NCBI GenBank assembly: GCA_020051175.1 | Contig: JAGVJJ010000040.1 | Coordinates: 22,175 to 86,174, forward strand | Origin: Bacteroidia bacterium | Lineage (GTDB): Bacteria; Bacteroidota; Bacteroidia; 2-12-FULL-35-15 | DNA length: 64,000 nucleotides | Direction: 5' to 3' | Shown here: in pieces, positions 18,340 to 28,237 of the stretch | Position numbering within the stretch: the first letter of the stretch is position 1 | How the letters are laid out: each line of letters begins with the position of its first letter | Translations under genes and position numbers: made by a program | The notes under the pieces: model-generated | What the model was told of the DNA's origin: nothing | The model's database searches: none | The model's input: only the letters and a program-made list of their open reading frames with translations

Positions 18340-20148
18340 ATGAAAAAAGTAATTGCTTTATCATTTCTAATTTTTGTACTTCTTTGTTCTGCATGGGCAC
18401 AAAAGCCTGAAATTGACTCGCTTATAAGGATTATAAACAGCGGTGTGACAGATAGTGCAAAAACCAAGCTGCTCACAGATTTAAGCTGGGAATACATTAC
18501 TATTGGTGATTATAAAAACGCTGCAGAGAAAACAAACGAAGCCATTGCACTGGCAGACAGGATTGGGTATAAGAAAGGACTGGCGCAGTCTTTCAACATG
18601 AAAGGCATCCTCTACTGGTTTCAGGGCGACTATCCCAATGCCCTTGATTATCAGTATAAAGCATTAAAAATAAGCGAAGAAATCGGAGATAAACCTCGTA
18701 TTGCCGGCTCTCTTAACAATATCGGAAACATTTTTCATGAACAGGGCGACCTTCAAAAAGCACTGGAAGATCAGCTGAAGGCATTAAAAATATACGAGGA
18801 AATTGATGCTAAGTACGAAATAGCCAATTTATACAACAACATTGGTGTTATATACCGTAAGCAGAACAATTACCCCACCGCGCTTGAATATCATACCAAG
18901 GCTTTAACAATAAGGGAGGATTTGAAGGATATGCCAGCTGTTGCAGGATCATTAAACAATGTGGGGGTGCTGCACTACGAGCAGGGAAATTATGCCGAAG
19001 CTGCCGTTCACTTTGGCAAAGCCCTGCTTATTTTCCAGGACCTGGGAGATAAAAAAAACATAACCAACCTTTTTATTAATATCGGCAATAACCTCTTTAA
19101 GCAGAAGAAATACCAGGAAGCCCTTGTAAATCTTGAGAAGAGCCTGGTACAGGCACAGGAAATCGCTTACCTCGAAGGAATAAAAGAAGCCGAAAAATCA
19201 TTGAGCGATGCCTATCTTGCAATGAATGACAATGGAAAAGCCCTGGTGCATTATAAAAACTTCGTAGCTACCCGCGATTCAATATTCAATGAAACAAAGA
19301 GCAGGCAGATTGCTGAAATGCGAACAAAATATGAAGTAAACCAGAAGGAAAAAGAAATTGCCCTCCTTACAAACGAAAAAAAGCTGAAAGAAATCCAGTT
19401 ATATGCAATTGTAATTGGGCTTTTGTTAATCGCCATTATCGTTTTTGTGCTGTATAACCGTTATCATTTAAAACAAAGGCTTGTTGCCGAAAAGCAAAAG
19501 ATAATCATTGAAAAGCAATTGATTGAAATAGAACAAAGAGCATTGCTTTTGCAAATGAATCCGCATTTTATTTTCAACTCCCTGTCATCTATTGGTGGTC
19601 TTATATATGAAAACAAGCCTCCTGTTGCGGTAAAGTATTTAACCATGTTTTCCAGGCTTATGCGGCTTATTTTGGAATATTCCCTGGAACCGGTCATTCC
19701 GCTGTCTAAAGAAATAGAGTTGTTGAAGTGTTATGTGGAGCTGGAACAATTCAGGTTTGAAGACAAGTTCGATTTTAAGTTAACAGTTGACCCTAAAACA
19801 CCGCTGGAAACTGCCATACCTCCTATGCTTATTCAGCCCCACCTCGAGAATGCAGTTTTGCACGGACTTACAAACAAGGAGGGGAAAGGCACTCTGGAGC
19901 TGAAAATATCCTGCACCGATAAGTCGCTCATTATTGAGGTGAAAGATGATGGCATTGGCAGGGGAAAAGCAAAAGAGTTTTCTAAAAGCAGCACCACCCA
20001 TAAGTCAATGGCAACCAGTATAACGCAGAAAAGGCTTGAGCTTATCAATCAAAGCAATAAGCATTCGATACAGCTGGAGGTAGAAGATTTAAAAAAAGCT
20101 GACGGTGAGGCTGCCGGAACACTGGTTAGGATAATTATTTCGATCTAA
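18340..20148 (+). CDS. TPR-repeat sensor histidine kinase, LytS/YehU-type
   Basis: Signal peptide. About 7 TPR repeats. One TM segment. The NPHFIFNSLSSI His_kinase (PF06580) signature. HATPase domain. Confidence 0.85.
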   Translation: MKKVIALSFLIFVLLCSAWAQKPEIDSLIRIINSGVTDSAKTKLLTDLSWEYITIGDYKNAAEKTNEAIALADRIGYKKGLAQSFNMKGILYWFQGDYPNALDYQYKALKISEEIGDKPRIAGSLNNIGNIFHEQGDLQKALEDQLKALKIYEEIDAKYEIANLYNNIGVIYRKQNNYPTALEYHTKALTIREDLKDMPAVAGSLNNVGVLHYEQGNYAEAAVHFGKALLIFQDLGDKKNITNLFINIGNNLFKQKKYQEALVNLEKSLVQAQEIAYLEGIKEAEKSLSDAYLAMNDNGKALVHYKNFVATRDSIFNETKSRQIAEMRTKYEVNQKEKEIALLTNEKKLKEIQLYAIVIGLLLIAIIVFVLYNRYHLKQRLVAEKQKIIIEKQLIEIEQRALLLQMNPHFIFNSLSSIGGLIYENKPPVAVKYLTMFSRLMRLILEYSLEPVIPLSKEIELLKCYVELEQFRFEDKFDFKLTVDPKTPLETAIPPMLIQPHLENAVLHGLTNKEGKGTLELKISCTDKSLIIEVKDDGIGRGKAKEFSKSSTTHKSMATSITQKRLELINQSNKHSIQLEVEDLKKADGEAAGTLVRIIISI

Positions 20149-20161
20149 AAATAAAGGTAAA

Positions 20162-20929
20162 ATGACAACAGCTGTAATTGTGGACGATGAAAAAAGGGCG
20201 CGTACGTTTTTACGCGGGCATTTAAATACCTATTGTGAGGACGTAGAAATACTTGCAGAAGCTGAAAATGTAGCATCAGCTGTGAAGGTAATAAAAGAAC
20301 ACAACCCTCAGCTGGTTTTCCTGGATATTAAGATGCCTGATGGTACAGGCTTTGACGTGATAGAAAAACTCAGGAGCATGGACGGAGGGGATGATTTACA
20401 GTTCAAAATTATTTTTACTACTGCCTTTGACCAGTATGCTATTAAAGCTATCAAATACAGCGCACTGGACTATCTCCTGAAGCCAATTGACCCGGAGGAG
20501 CTGGTTGTAGCCCTGAAAAGGAATAAAACGTTGTTGCCAGCCAAAAACATCAATGACAATATTGATGTATTGATTGAAAACCTAAAACAGTTGAGCGAAT
20601 CGAATAAAAAAATAGTGCTGAATACCAGCAACAAAGCCTATATTTTTCCGGTAAACGACATTATAAGGTGTGAATCCAGCGGAAGCTATACTATTTTTCA
20701 CATCAAAGGGTCTGAGCCGTTACTCATCTCTAAAAGCCTTGGCGAATCCGAAGAATTACTTCAGGGAAACAAATTTGAGCGGATACACAAGTCCCACCTT
20801 GTAAACCTTAGCTATATGAGGGCTTTTATTAAAACGGATGGTGGTTTTGTGGAAATGCAAAACGGTGATAAAATACCGGTTTCCAACAGGAAAAGAGAGT
20901 ATTTGATGCAGCTATTAAGGACTCTTTGA
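20162..20929 (+). CDS. LytTR family DNA-binding response regulator
   Basis: Receiver domain (VDDE...FLDIKMPDGTG...FTTA) plus a C-terminal LytTR domain. Starts 14 bp after the kinase. Confidence 0.9.
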   Translation: MTTAVIVDDEKRARTFLRGHLNTYCEDVEILAEAENVASAVKVIKEHNPQLVFLDIKMPDGTGFDVIEKLRSMDGGDDLQFKIIFTTAFDQYAIKAIKYSALDYLLKPIDPEELVVALKRNKTLLPAKNINDNIDVLIENLKQLSESNKKIVLNTSNKAYIFPVNDIIRCESSGSYTIFHIKGSEPLLISKSLGESEELLQGNKFERIHKSHLVNLSYMRAFIKTDGGFVEMQNGDKIPVSNRKREYLMQLLRTL

Positions 20930-21082
20930 CCCTTAAAGTGACAAAATTCCTCCTGCCATAATAAACGTTAAATGATTTATTTTGATCGTTGGTTAACAAT
21001 TTACCCCCTTTCATTAGATTTGCATTTTTAAGAAAGAAAACAAATATAAATTTGCTTCAGAGATTAAAAACAATTATAAACA

Positions 21083-24070
21083 GTGCTAAACTTAATCATC
21101 ATGAAAACATCTGCTACTTATCAAGAGTGCTATAAGCCAAAACAAGGTTTTGGCGCAAGGCTCCTATTTTGTGCATTGCTTTTGAGCTTTATTGGCTTAT
21201 CAAAAGCATTTGCCCAGGCACCTCCGGCTCCGGTTGCCACAGCTGCTACCAATATTACCTGTACAAGCTTTGAAGCGAACTGGAGTGCAGTTTCCGGTTC
21301 AATCGCTTATTTTTTGGATGTCAGTACAGACACAACGTTTTCTACGTTTGTTGGCAGTTTTAATAATCTGAATGTTGGAAATGTGACCACTTTTCTGGTT
21401 ACCGGCATGTCTTCTACATCAGCTTATTATTATAGGGTAAGGGTACAGGATAACAATGGTACAAGCTTAAACTCAAACACCATGACAGTTTATCCAACCG
21501 TAATGGCAACCATTTCACCCATAACTCAGACAATTTGTTCTGGCGATCAGGCTATTTTTGCTATATCGAGTTCTGACCCAAATGCCACCTATAGCTGGAC
21601 AGTTACCCAGGGCAATGTTTCTGGAGCTACGGCTGGCAGTGGAAATGTTATTAATCAAACTTTGGCCGTTACGGGACCAAATTCCGGATACGTTTATTAT
21701 ATGGTAACACCTGTTGGCAATGGATGCACTGGCGGTACTGTAACAGCTTACGTTTCTGTATTGGATTGTCAGGGTAATAGCGGTATATCGTTTGTGGCTC
21801 CACAAAATGGCGCAACCATAAATAACAGGTGTGAGCTTCAGTTTTGTGCTGATTCTGTAGGAATTAATCAGGCGCTGGAAATCAGGGATGCAGCACTGGA
21901 TGTTGTTGCTTACATATACTCTGGTCAGGGCGGAACACATTGTACTGCAATGAATCAATATTATACCGGGACGATACCTTCCGGTTCCAATACTTTCTAT
22001 CTGACTGCAGGTGGTATTTTCTATGATACTGTTACTGTAAATGTTACCGCACCAATTGTTTCGCTTCAAAATGAACTTACATATACACAAACAGCAACAA
22101 CCAATGGTGGTTATGATTTTACAATAAGTGGATTTTCTGCCACCGAAACCTATACTATGGTTTTGAACAATTATTATAACAATCAATACGATACCGTTTT
22201 CGTAAGCAATACTACCACAGCAACCATCTCTCATCAATTTCCATACGATGGCGATTTCTTCGGTGATATTTATGTAACAGCCGACTGTGATGGCTCCATG
22301 TCTCATGACTCGATGTATGTTTCGGTTAATAACAGCTCCTGCTCTAATTTTATAGCTTTGAATTACAGCTCCATCTATGTAAACTCAAACTGTGGATCAA
22401 ATACTGTTGATTTGCAGGGCGGTATTAACTACGGTGGTCTGGGGGCGAATGACTCAAGCCAGGTTACAATAAACTGGGGGGATGGAAATATCCAGACCAT
22501 ACAAATGGCGCACGGTGGCAACACCTCCGGGTATCTTTCATTCCCGTCCATTTCACATACATACAATGCTCCTGGAACATATACCGGCTTTGTTACTGTA
22601 TTCAACGCTAACGCATGTTATGTGGATACCTTAATCCAATCGGTTACAATTGGAAGCACTACCTGCGGAAGCTTAACTGGTAATGTTTTCAGCGATGTTA
22701 ATTCAAACTGTGCTTTGGATAACGGAAGCGATATCGGATTGTCTTACATCTGGATTACTGCCACTGATAACAGCAGTAACGTTTTTTATGCCTGGACCGA
22801 CTACAATGGAAACTATGCATTCAATACCCTTCCAAACGGGGTGTATACTGTTGATTTAGCTTACCTGAACTCCGGCTACTCAATTACTTGCCCTGGTTCA
22901 TTCCCGCAAACAGTAACAATTAATAACAATTCAATTGTAAAAAACTGTGCTGTTACTTGTAGCGGTTCTTTTGATGCTGCCATTACCGGCATCTCTTTAT
23001 GGAGTGGTTTCTTCCCTGGACAGTCGGATGCCATCCTGCCTCATGTTGGTTTATTAAACGCGGCTTGTAATGCTGGTGTATCCGGACAGGTGAAAATTGT
23101 TTTGGATGCCTGCATACAATACACTTCTCCATCTACATACAGTGGTGCTGGTGCTCCTGATGCAGTCATCACTGCTTCAACCGGTGATACACTTGTATGG
23201 AATGTAAGTGATATTACCAACATTGGTACATTCGGATACTACGATTATGCGATTAATACTTTAACCTGTACATCAGCTCAGGTTGGGGATTCAGCGTGCA
23301 TCACAATGATAATCACACCTACAAACGGTGACGCAGATCCAAGCAACAACACATTTACACGTTGCTTTGAAATTGGTGTTAGCTATGATCCTAACAACAA
23401 GGAAGTGATGCCTGCTGGCGAAGGTGCAGAAGGGTTTATACCAGCTGATCAGCCTTCGTTGACTTACACGCTGAACTTCCAGAACACAGGTACTGCAAAA
23501 GCGTGGAACATATATGTGATGGATACTATCGATACTGATTTGGACATCAACAGCATCGAAATATTGAGCGCCAGCCACAAAATGCAGGTGTATACTTTAC
23601 CAAACCGTGCAATTAAGTTTATGTTTGCCGACATCATGTTGCCTGACAGCACAAACGATGAGCCAAACAGCCATGGTTATGTTACTTTCAAAATCAAATT
23701 AAACCCAGGCCTGGCTCCGGGAACTGAAATCGAAAATACAGGTCATATCTATTTCGATTACAATGAACCGGTTGTGACCAACACTACTCTTAATACTATT
23801 GAGTTGCCTTCATCTGTGCAGTCCATCAGTAAGTCATCAGTAGTAAGAGTTTACCCAAATCCTGCAAAAGAAAGTGTAACTGTTTTATCTAACAGCAGCA
23901 GCGCAGGTGTAATAACTGTTACTGATATCTTAGGAAAAACAGTAAAAGAAGTAAAAACCACTTCAGAGAAAACAGTTGTAAATACAACAGATTTGGAAAG
24001 CGGGGTTTACTTCATTAAACTTGCTCAGGACAATGTAATCAGAACAGAAAAAATAATGATTACAAAATAA
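21083..24070 (+). CDS. large T9SS-secreted surface protein (FN3-like, TIGR01451-type conserved repeat domain, T9SS C-terminal sorting domain)
   Basis: Signal peptide. The FN3-like segment TNITCTSFEANWSAV...AYYYRVRV. The conserved-repeat-domain pattern LTYTLNFQNTGTAKAWNIYVMDTID. C-terminal VRVYPNPAKESVTV...GVYFIKL matches the T9SS type A domain. Confidence 0.75.
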   Translation: MLNLIIMKTSATYQECYKPKQGFGARLLFCALLLSFIGLSKAFAQAPPAPVATAATNITCTSFEANWSAVSGSIAYFLDVSTDTTFSTFVGSFNNLNVGNVTTFLVTGMSSTSAYYYRVRVQDNNGTSLNSNTMTVYPTVMATISPITQTICSGDQAIFAISSSDPNATYSWTVTQGNVSGATAGSGNVINQTLAVTGPNSGYVYYMVTPVGNGCTGGTVTAYVSVLDCQGNSGISFVAPQNGATINNRCELQFCADSVGINQALEIRDAALDVVAYIYSGQGGTHCTAMNQYYTGTIPSGSNTFYLTAGGIFYDTVTVNVTAPIVSLQNELTYTQTATTNGGYDFTISGFSATETYTMVLNNYYNNQYDTVFVSNTTTATISHQFPYDGDFFGDIYVTADCDGSMSHDSMYVSVNNSSCSNFIALNYSSIYVNSNCGSNTVDLQGGINYGGLGANDSSQVTINWGDGNIQTIQMAHGGNTSGYLSFPSISHTYNAPGTYTGFVTVFNANACYVDTLIQSVTIGSTTCGSLTGNVFSDVNSNCALDNGSDIGLSYIWITATDNSSNVFYAWTDYNGNYAFNTLPNGVYTVDLAYLNSGYSITCPGSFPQTVTINNNSIVKNCAVTCSGSFDAAITGISLWSGFFPGQSDAILPHVGLLNAACNAGVSGQVKIVLDACIQYTSPSTYSGAGAPDAVITASTGDTLVWNVSDITNIGTFGYYDYAINTLTCTSAQVGDSACITMIITPTNGDADPSNNTFTRCFEIGVSYDPNNKEVMPAGEGAEGFIPADQPSLTYTLNFQNTGTAKAWNIYVMDTIDTDLDINSIEILSASHKMQVYTLPNRAIKFMFADIMLPDSTNDEPNSHGYVTFKIKLNPGLAPGTEIENTGHIYFDYNEPVVTNTTLNTIELPSSVQSISKSSVVRVYPNPAKESVTVLSNSSSAGVITVTDILGKTVKEVKTTSEKTVVNTTDLESGVYFIKLAQDNVIRTEKIMITK

Positions 24071-24091
24071 GGTTTATTCAGGCTTCAATTC

Positions 24092-24207
24092 AAACGGCTC
24101 AGCCCCGGTTTGTCAAGTAAACGTTTCGCAGCGTTAAAGTTTATAAGGTTTAGCACTTCTCTGATACTTTATAGCGAAACACTTGACAAACCGGGGCTGA
24201 GCCGTTT
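24092..24207. repeat. long inverted repeat: 27-bp perfect arms with a 62-nt spacer, extended imperfectly, followed by a T-run
   Basis: AAACGGCTCAGCCCCGGTTTGTCAAGT at 24092-24118 pairs perfectly with ACTTGACAAACCGGGGCTGAGCCGTTT at 24181-24207. An inner CGTTTCGC/GCGAAAC repeat extends the stem. TTTTTT follows. Confidence 0.5.
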
Positions 24208-24582
24208 TTTGTTATGTCCATGAGGAAGTTTTCGCATGAGAACGAAAAAACTTACCATAACCTTATGGAAACTCCTGCAAAGTAAAAAAATTTTTTAACT
24301 TTGGAAATTTGTATAAAATACGAGATAACTAATTATAGTTCAGGCAGGAATTATTTTGGAATAGATAAGGAGCAAATAAACAGGCGAAACAACTAAATAA
24401 CGGAATTTTACATTTGTTGCACTGCTTGGAATTTTGGGGTAATGCCAGGTTTGGAAAAACAATATCTCAAAATTAAGTATTAAGTGTAAAAAAATGCCAA
24501 ATAGAAGAGCAGATAACTGGTGGGCATTAATAAGATATTTTGAAAACCAATTACAAAACCTTTAAATAAGTCCGGAAGATAT

Positions 24583-25500
24583 ATGAAATGGGAGAAAAAG
24601 GGCAGAATATTTGAACCGAAAGGTCAGTTTGAATGGATGCGTAAATATGGTATTGTGCCAACTCCTGTATACTTAAGAGAAACAAATAGTATTCGTATTT
24701 TCTTTGCAACCGCAACATCAGATAATATTGGTCGAATTACCTATATGGATGTTGAAGCGAATAATCCATCTAATATCATAAAACAACCAGATAAAATTTT
24801 ATTATACGAAGGGGAACCAGGAACATTTGATGATTGTGGGGTTAATCCAACCAGTTTTGTTGTTCATGAGGGAAAAGAATATCTTTATTACGTGGGTTAT
24901 GAACGTTCTTTCAAAGTACCGTTTACTTTGTTTCCGGGAATATCCGTTGGGAATGTTAAAGATGGATTTAAACGTGTGAAGCATGTTCCTTTTATTGACC
25001 GGTCCGAAAAATATCCATATTCGCTTGCAGCCCCATTTGTTTTAATAGATAAAAATAAATTCAAATTGTGGCTATGGTTGGGGGTGAAGTGGGTAAAAGT
25101 GAACGGAAAAGATTATCTAAGCGCTAAAATCGGGTATGCGGAATCTGAAAATGGTTTGGATTTTAAAATACTACACGACAACTGTATTGTACCCAATCAG
25201 GATAATGAATTCTCCGTTGGCCGGCCTTGGGTTATAAAAGACGGAAGTATTTATAAAATGTTTTATTCTGTCAGATATGTTGATAAACTTTACCGCTTAG
25301 GGTATGCCGAATCTGATGATGGTATCAATTGGATACGAAAGGACGAACAAATAGGAATAGATGTTTCTTCTGTTGGATGGGATAGTGAAATGATTTGCTA
25401 TCCGGCTGTTGTAAAAACCGACAATAAAACATTCTTATTTTATAATGGCAATAACAATGGCATATCTGGTTTTGGATATGCGGAACTTGTTAATGAGTAA
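24583..25500 (+). CDS. putative 5-bladed beta-propeller glycoside hydrolase/phosphorylase-like protein (GH43/GH130-like fold), cytoplasmic
   Basis: 305 aa, no signal peptide. Repeated hydrophobic-Gly-acidic blades (GRPWVIKDGSIYKMFYS, TSFVVHEGKEYLYYVGY). First gene of a 5-gene operon. Confidence 0.45.
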   Translation: MKWEKKGRIFEPKGQFEWMRKYGIVPTPVYLRETNSIRIFFATATSDNIGRITYMDVEANNPSNIIKQPDKILLYEGEPGTFDDCGVNPTSFVVHEGKEYLYYVGYERSFKVPFTLFPGISVGNVKDGFKRVKHVPFIDRSEKYPYSLAAPFVLIDKNKFKLWLWLGVKWVKVNGKDYLSAKIGYAESENGLDFKILHDNCIVPNQDNEFSVGRPWVIKDGSIYKMFYSVRYVDKLYRLGYAESDDGINWIRKDEQIGIDVSSVGWDSEMICYPAVVKTDNKTFLFYNGNNNGISGFGYAELVNE

Positions 25501-25520
25501 AAAATTAACACATTAAATAT

Positions 25521-26273
25521 ATGGCAGAAATTGAATGGACAAGAGCTTCTCAAGAACAAAAAGAAGCACGTAAAGCGTTTAGGGAAATGTATATCAATAC
25601 CCCAATACCGATTGAAGATATTTTTGTAAACTTCGGGTTGTATATACGTAGTTCATACCTTGCCAACATACTTTGTATGAATGAAATTTACCAGATGATT
25701 TTGCCGATTCCAGGAGTAATAATAGAATTTGGTACCTGGTGGGGTAGTAACCTTACTTTGTTTCATAATCTCAGGGGGGTATATGAGCCTTATAATTACA
25801 GCCGTAAAGTAATTGGTTTTGATACCTTTACCGGATATCCTGATATCCTTAAGGAAGAAGATAAAAATTCACCGTGGCTAAAAACAGGTAATTATGCAGT
25901 ACCTGATGGATATAAAAGTTATCTGGAACAAGTATTAAGCTATCACGAAAAGGAAAATCCGCTTCCGCATAAAAAGAAATTTGATTTGGTGCAAGGTGAT
26001 GTTACAAAAACGTTACCCCAGTATCTAAAAGACCATCCTGAAACCATTGTTGCTATGGCTTTTATTGATTTGGGAATGTACGAAGCAACTAAAAAAGTGT
26101 TGCAGGAATTAAAGCCCCGCTTAGTAAAGGGCAGTATTATAGTGTTTGATGAAATCAATTGCCCGGAAATGCCCGGAGAAACCATCGCATTAATGGAGGT
26201 CTTTGGGTTAGATAAATACCGGATTGTGCGTTCAAAGTATACGCCTGACAGAAATTTTCTGATTATTGAATAA
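25521..26273 (+). CDS. class I SAM-dependent methyltransferase, TylF/MycF (Methyltransf_24)-like
   Basis: GVIIEFGTWWGSN (glycine-rich SAM loop) and IDLGMYEATKKVLQELKPRLVKGSIIVFDE parallel the TylF macrocin O-methyltransferase motifs. Confidence 0.55.
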   Translation: MAEIEWTRASQEQKEARKAFREMYINTPIPIEDIFVNFGLYIRSSYLANILCMNEIYQMILPIPGVIIEFGTWWGSNLTLFHNLRGVYEPYNYSRKVIGFDTFTGYPDILKEEDKNSPWLKTGNYAVPDGYKSYLEQVLSYHEKENPLPHKKKFDLVQGDVTKTLPQYLKDHPETIVAMAFIDLGMYEATKKVLQELKPRLVKGSIIVFDEINCPEMPGETIALMEVFGLDKYRIVRSKYTPDRNFLIIE

Positions 26274-26317
26274 ATACGGATGACCTTCCCCCTTTAATGG
26301 GTAAATTTATTTGAATA

Positions 26318-27289
26318 ATGGCAATTACAATCCAGGCATACAATAGTAAAGACCGTGATCAATGGGATGCTTTTACCAGACGAGCCGATAATGCATATTT
26401 CCTGTTCGAAAGGGGGTTTATGGAATATCACAGTCATCGTTATGTCGACAATTCTGTATTGCTTTTTGATGAGAACGTTTTAGTTGGTGTATTTCCTGCC
26501 AACCGGAAAGAAGATACTGTATATACACATCAGGGACTAACGCATGGAGGCTTGGTATTAACGGAAAGGAAGAATATTAAAAAGCTATTTACCTATTTTT
26601 ATGCTTTGTTTACGTATTACAAAACTCAGGGGATAAAGCATATTGTTTATAAACCATTACCGGGGTACCTCAGCAAAAGTATTAATGATATAGAGCACTT
26701 TATACTTAATATGTGTAATGCAATTACGGTTAAAGTAGATACTTCGTTTGTAATAGACTATAATAATGAAATCAGGATTCAGGAACGTAGAAGGCGCAGT
26801 GTTAAAAAAGGTGTAACGTCTTCTGCTGAAATACGGATAGATAATAATTTCGATGCTTTCTGGAACAGTATATTAATACCCAATTTAATGGATAAGTATG
26901 GAGTGGCACCTATCCATTCTTTAGAAGAAATTCACCTCTTGCATCAACGTTTTCCAGATAAAATAACACAGGCAAATGCGTATATAAATAACGAAATTGT
27001 AGCAGGAATAACGCTTTTTGATTTTGAAACCTGTATTCACACGCAATACATATCTTCTAATAATTACGGACGTGATTCAGGAGCTATTGACACTTTATGT
27101 AATTATTTAATACATTTATTCCAGCCTGTTAAAAAACATTTCAGCTTGGGTACAACCAACAATAATGGAAAGGATATTAATATCGGCTTGTATGAATGGA
27201 AAGAAGGGTGGGGAGCTAAAACTCATGCCCATTTTCATTATCGCTTAAATACCGAAGAAATAAATACATTAGAAAGGTTTCTTGATTAA
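26318..27289 (+). CDS. putative FemAB-like / GNAT-fold acyl(aminoacyl)transferase
   Basis: 323 aa. Two-lobed GNAT-like architecture inferred from composition and genomic context only. Confidence 0.35.
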   Translation: MAITIQAYNSKDRDQWDAFTRRADNAYFLFERGFMEYHSHRYVDNSVLLFDENVLVGVFPANRKEDTVYTHQGLTHGGLVLTERKNIKKLFTYFYALFTYYKTQGIKHIVYKPLPGYLSKSINDIEHFILNMCNAITVKVDTSFVIDYNNEIRIQERRRRSVKKGVTSSAEIRIDNNFDAFWNSILIPNLMDKYGVAPIHSLEEIHLLHQRFPDKITQANAYINNEIVAGITLFDFETCIHTQYISSNNYGRDSGAIDTLCNYLIHLFQPVKKHFSLGTTNNNGKDINIGLYEWKEGWGAKTHAHFHYRLNTEEINTLERFLD

Positions 27290-27295
27290 AACAAA

Positions 27296-28237
27296 ATGTC
27301 TAAAATCACCATTATTACTCCGTGTTATTATAACGAGAAAAATATCCCTGTTACTTTTCCCGTGCTTTTGGAGAATGAAAGAAATTTCCCCGCGGGTACT
27401 GAGTTTGAATATATTTTTATTGATGATGGCTCTAAAGATGGAACATTTGACCAGCTGAGAATAATTCAAGCTGCCCACCCTTCAAAAGTAAAAGTATTAA
27501 AGTTATCTAGAAATTTTGGCTCGAACAATGCAAGTTTTGCGGGCATGTGTCATGCAACAGGTGATTGCTGTGTAATTTTAGCTGCCGATTTACAGGATCC
27601 TCCGGAATTGATCCCTGAATTGTTCAAACATTGGAAGAATGGATATAAGCTGGTGCTTGCGCAAAAAGCAAGCCGGGAAGATACTTTGCTTACGAAACTG
27701 TTTTCTGGTACTTATCACACCTTAATTCGTAAAACCGCTTTGAAAAATTCACCTAAAGGGGGGTTTGACTTATGGCTCTTTGATAAAACATTAAAGGAAG
27801 AGGTTATCAGGATGAACGAAAAGAATTTTTTTCTTCCTTATATGTTTATTTGGATGGGATTCGAATACGTGAGTATTCCATATACAAGGCGCAAACGCGA
27901 AATCGGAAAGTCGGGCTGGACAATGTCGAAGAAAATTAAATCGTTCATTGATACTTTTGTCGCTTTTACATATTTACCTCTGCGTATTATAAGTGTTGCA
28001 GGAATTATTCTCGGGCTACTCTCAATAGTATACGCCATAATAATTATTATAGATAAATTTATTCGTGGAATAAACGTTGAAGGCTGGACATCTTTAATGA
28101 TAGTTTTACTGTTTGTATCGTCCTTCATTATGACTTCGTTGGGAATTATTGGGGAATATTTATACCGCACATTAGATGCATCAAGGAATCGCCCTAACTT
28201 TATTATAGACAAAAAAATTGATGAAACGAACAATTGA
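27296..28237 (+). CDS. GT2 polyprenyl-phosphate glycosyltransferase (ArnC/GtrB/DPM1-like)
   Basis: IITPCYNE...IFIDDGSKDGT...ADLQDPPE are GT-A DXD-type motifs. Two C-terminal TM helices, as in ArnC/GtrB. Confidence 0.85.
   Translation: MSKITIITPCYYNEKNIPVTFPVLLENERNFPAGTEFEYIFIDDGSKDGTFDQLRIIQAAHPSKVKVLKLSRNFGSNNASFAGMCHATGDCCVILAADLQDPPELIPELFKHWKNGYKLVLAQKASREDTLLTKLFSGTYHTLIRKTALKNSPKGGFDLWLFDKTLKEEVIRMNEKNFFLPYMFIWMGFEYVSIPYTRRKREIGKSGWTMSKKIKSFIDTFVAFTYLPLRIISVAGIILGLLSIVYAIIIIIDKFIRGINVEGWTSLMIVLLFVSSFIMTSLGIIGEYLYRTLDASRNRPNFIIDKKIDETNN

Noticed and set aside
21515-22306. 263-aa minus-strand ORF antisense to the large T9SS gene
   Set aside because: Cys/Ile-rich nonsense composition. 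It lies entirely inside a well-supported plus-strand gene with Ser/Thr/Asn-rich codon usage, so it is a typical antisense shadow ORF.
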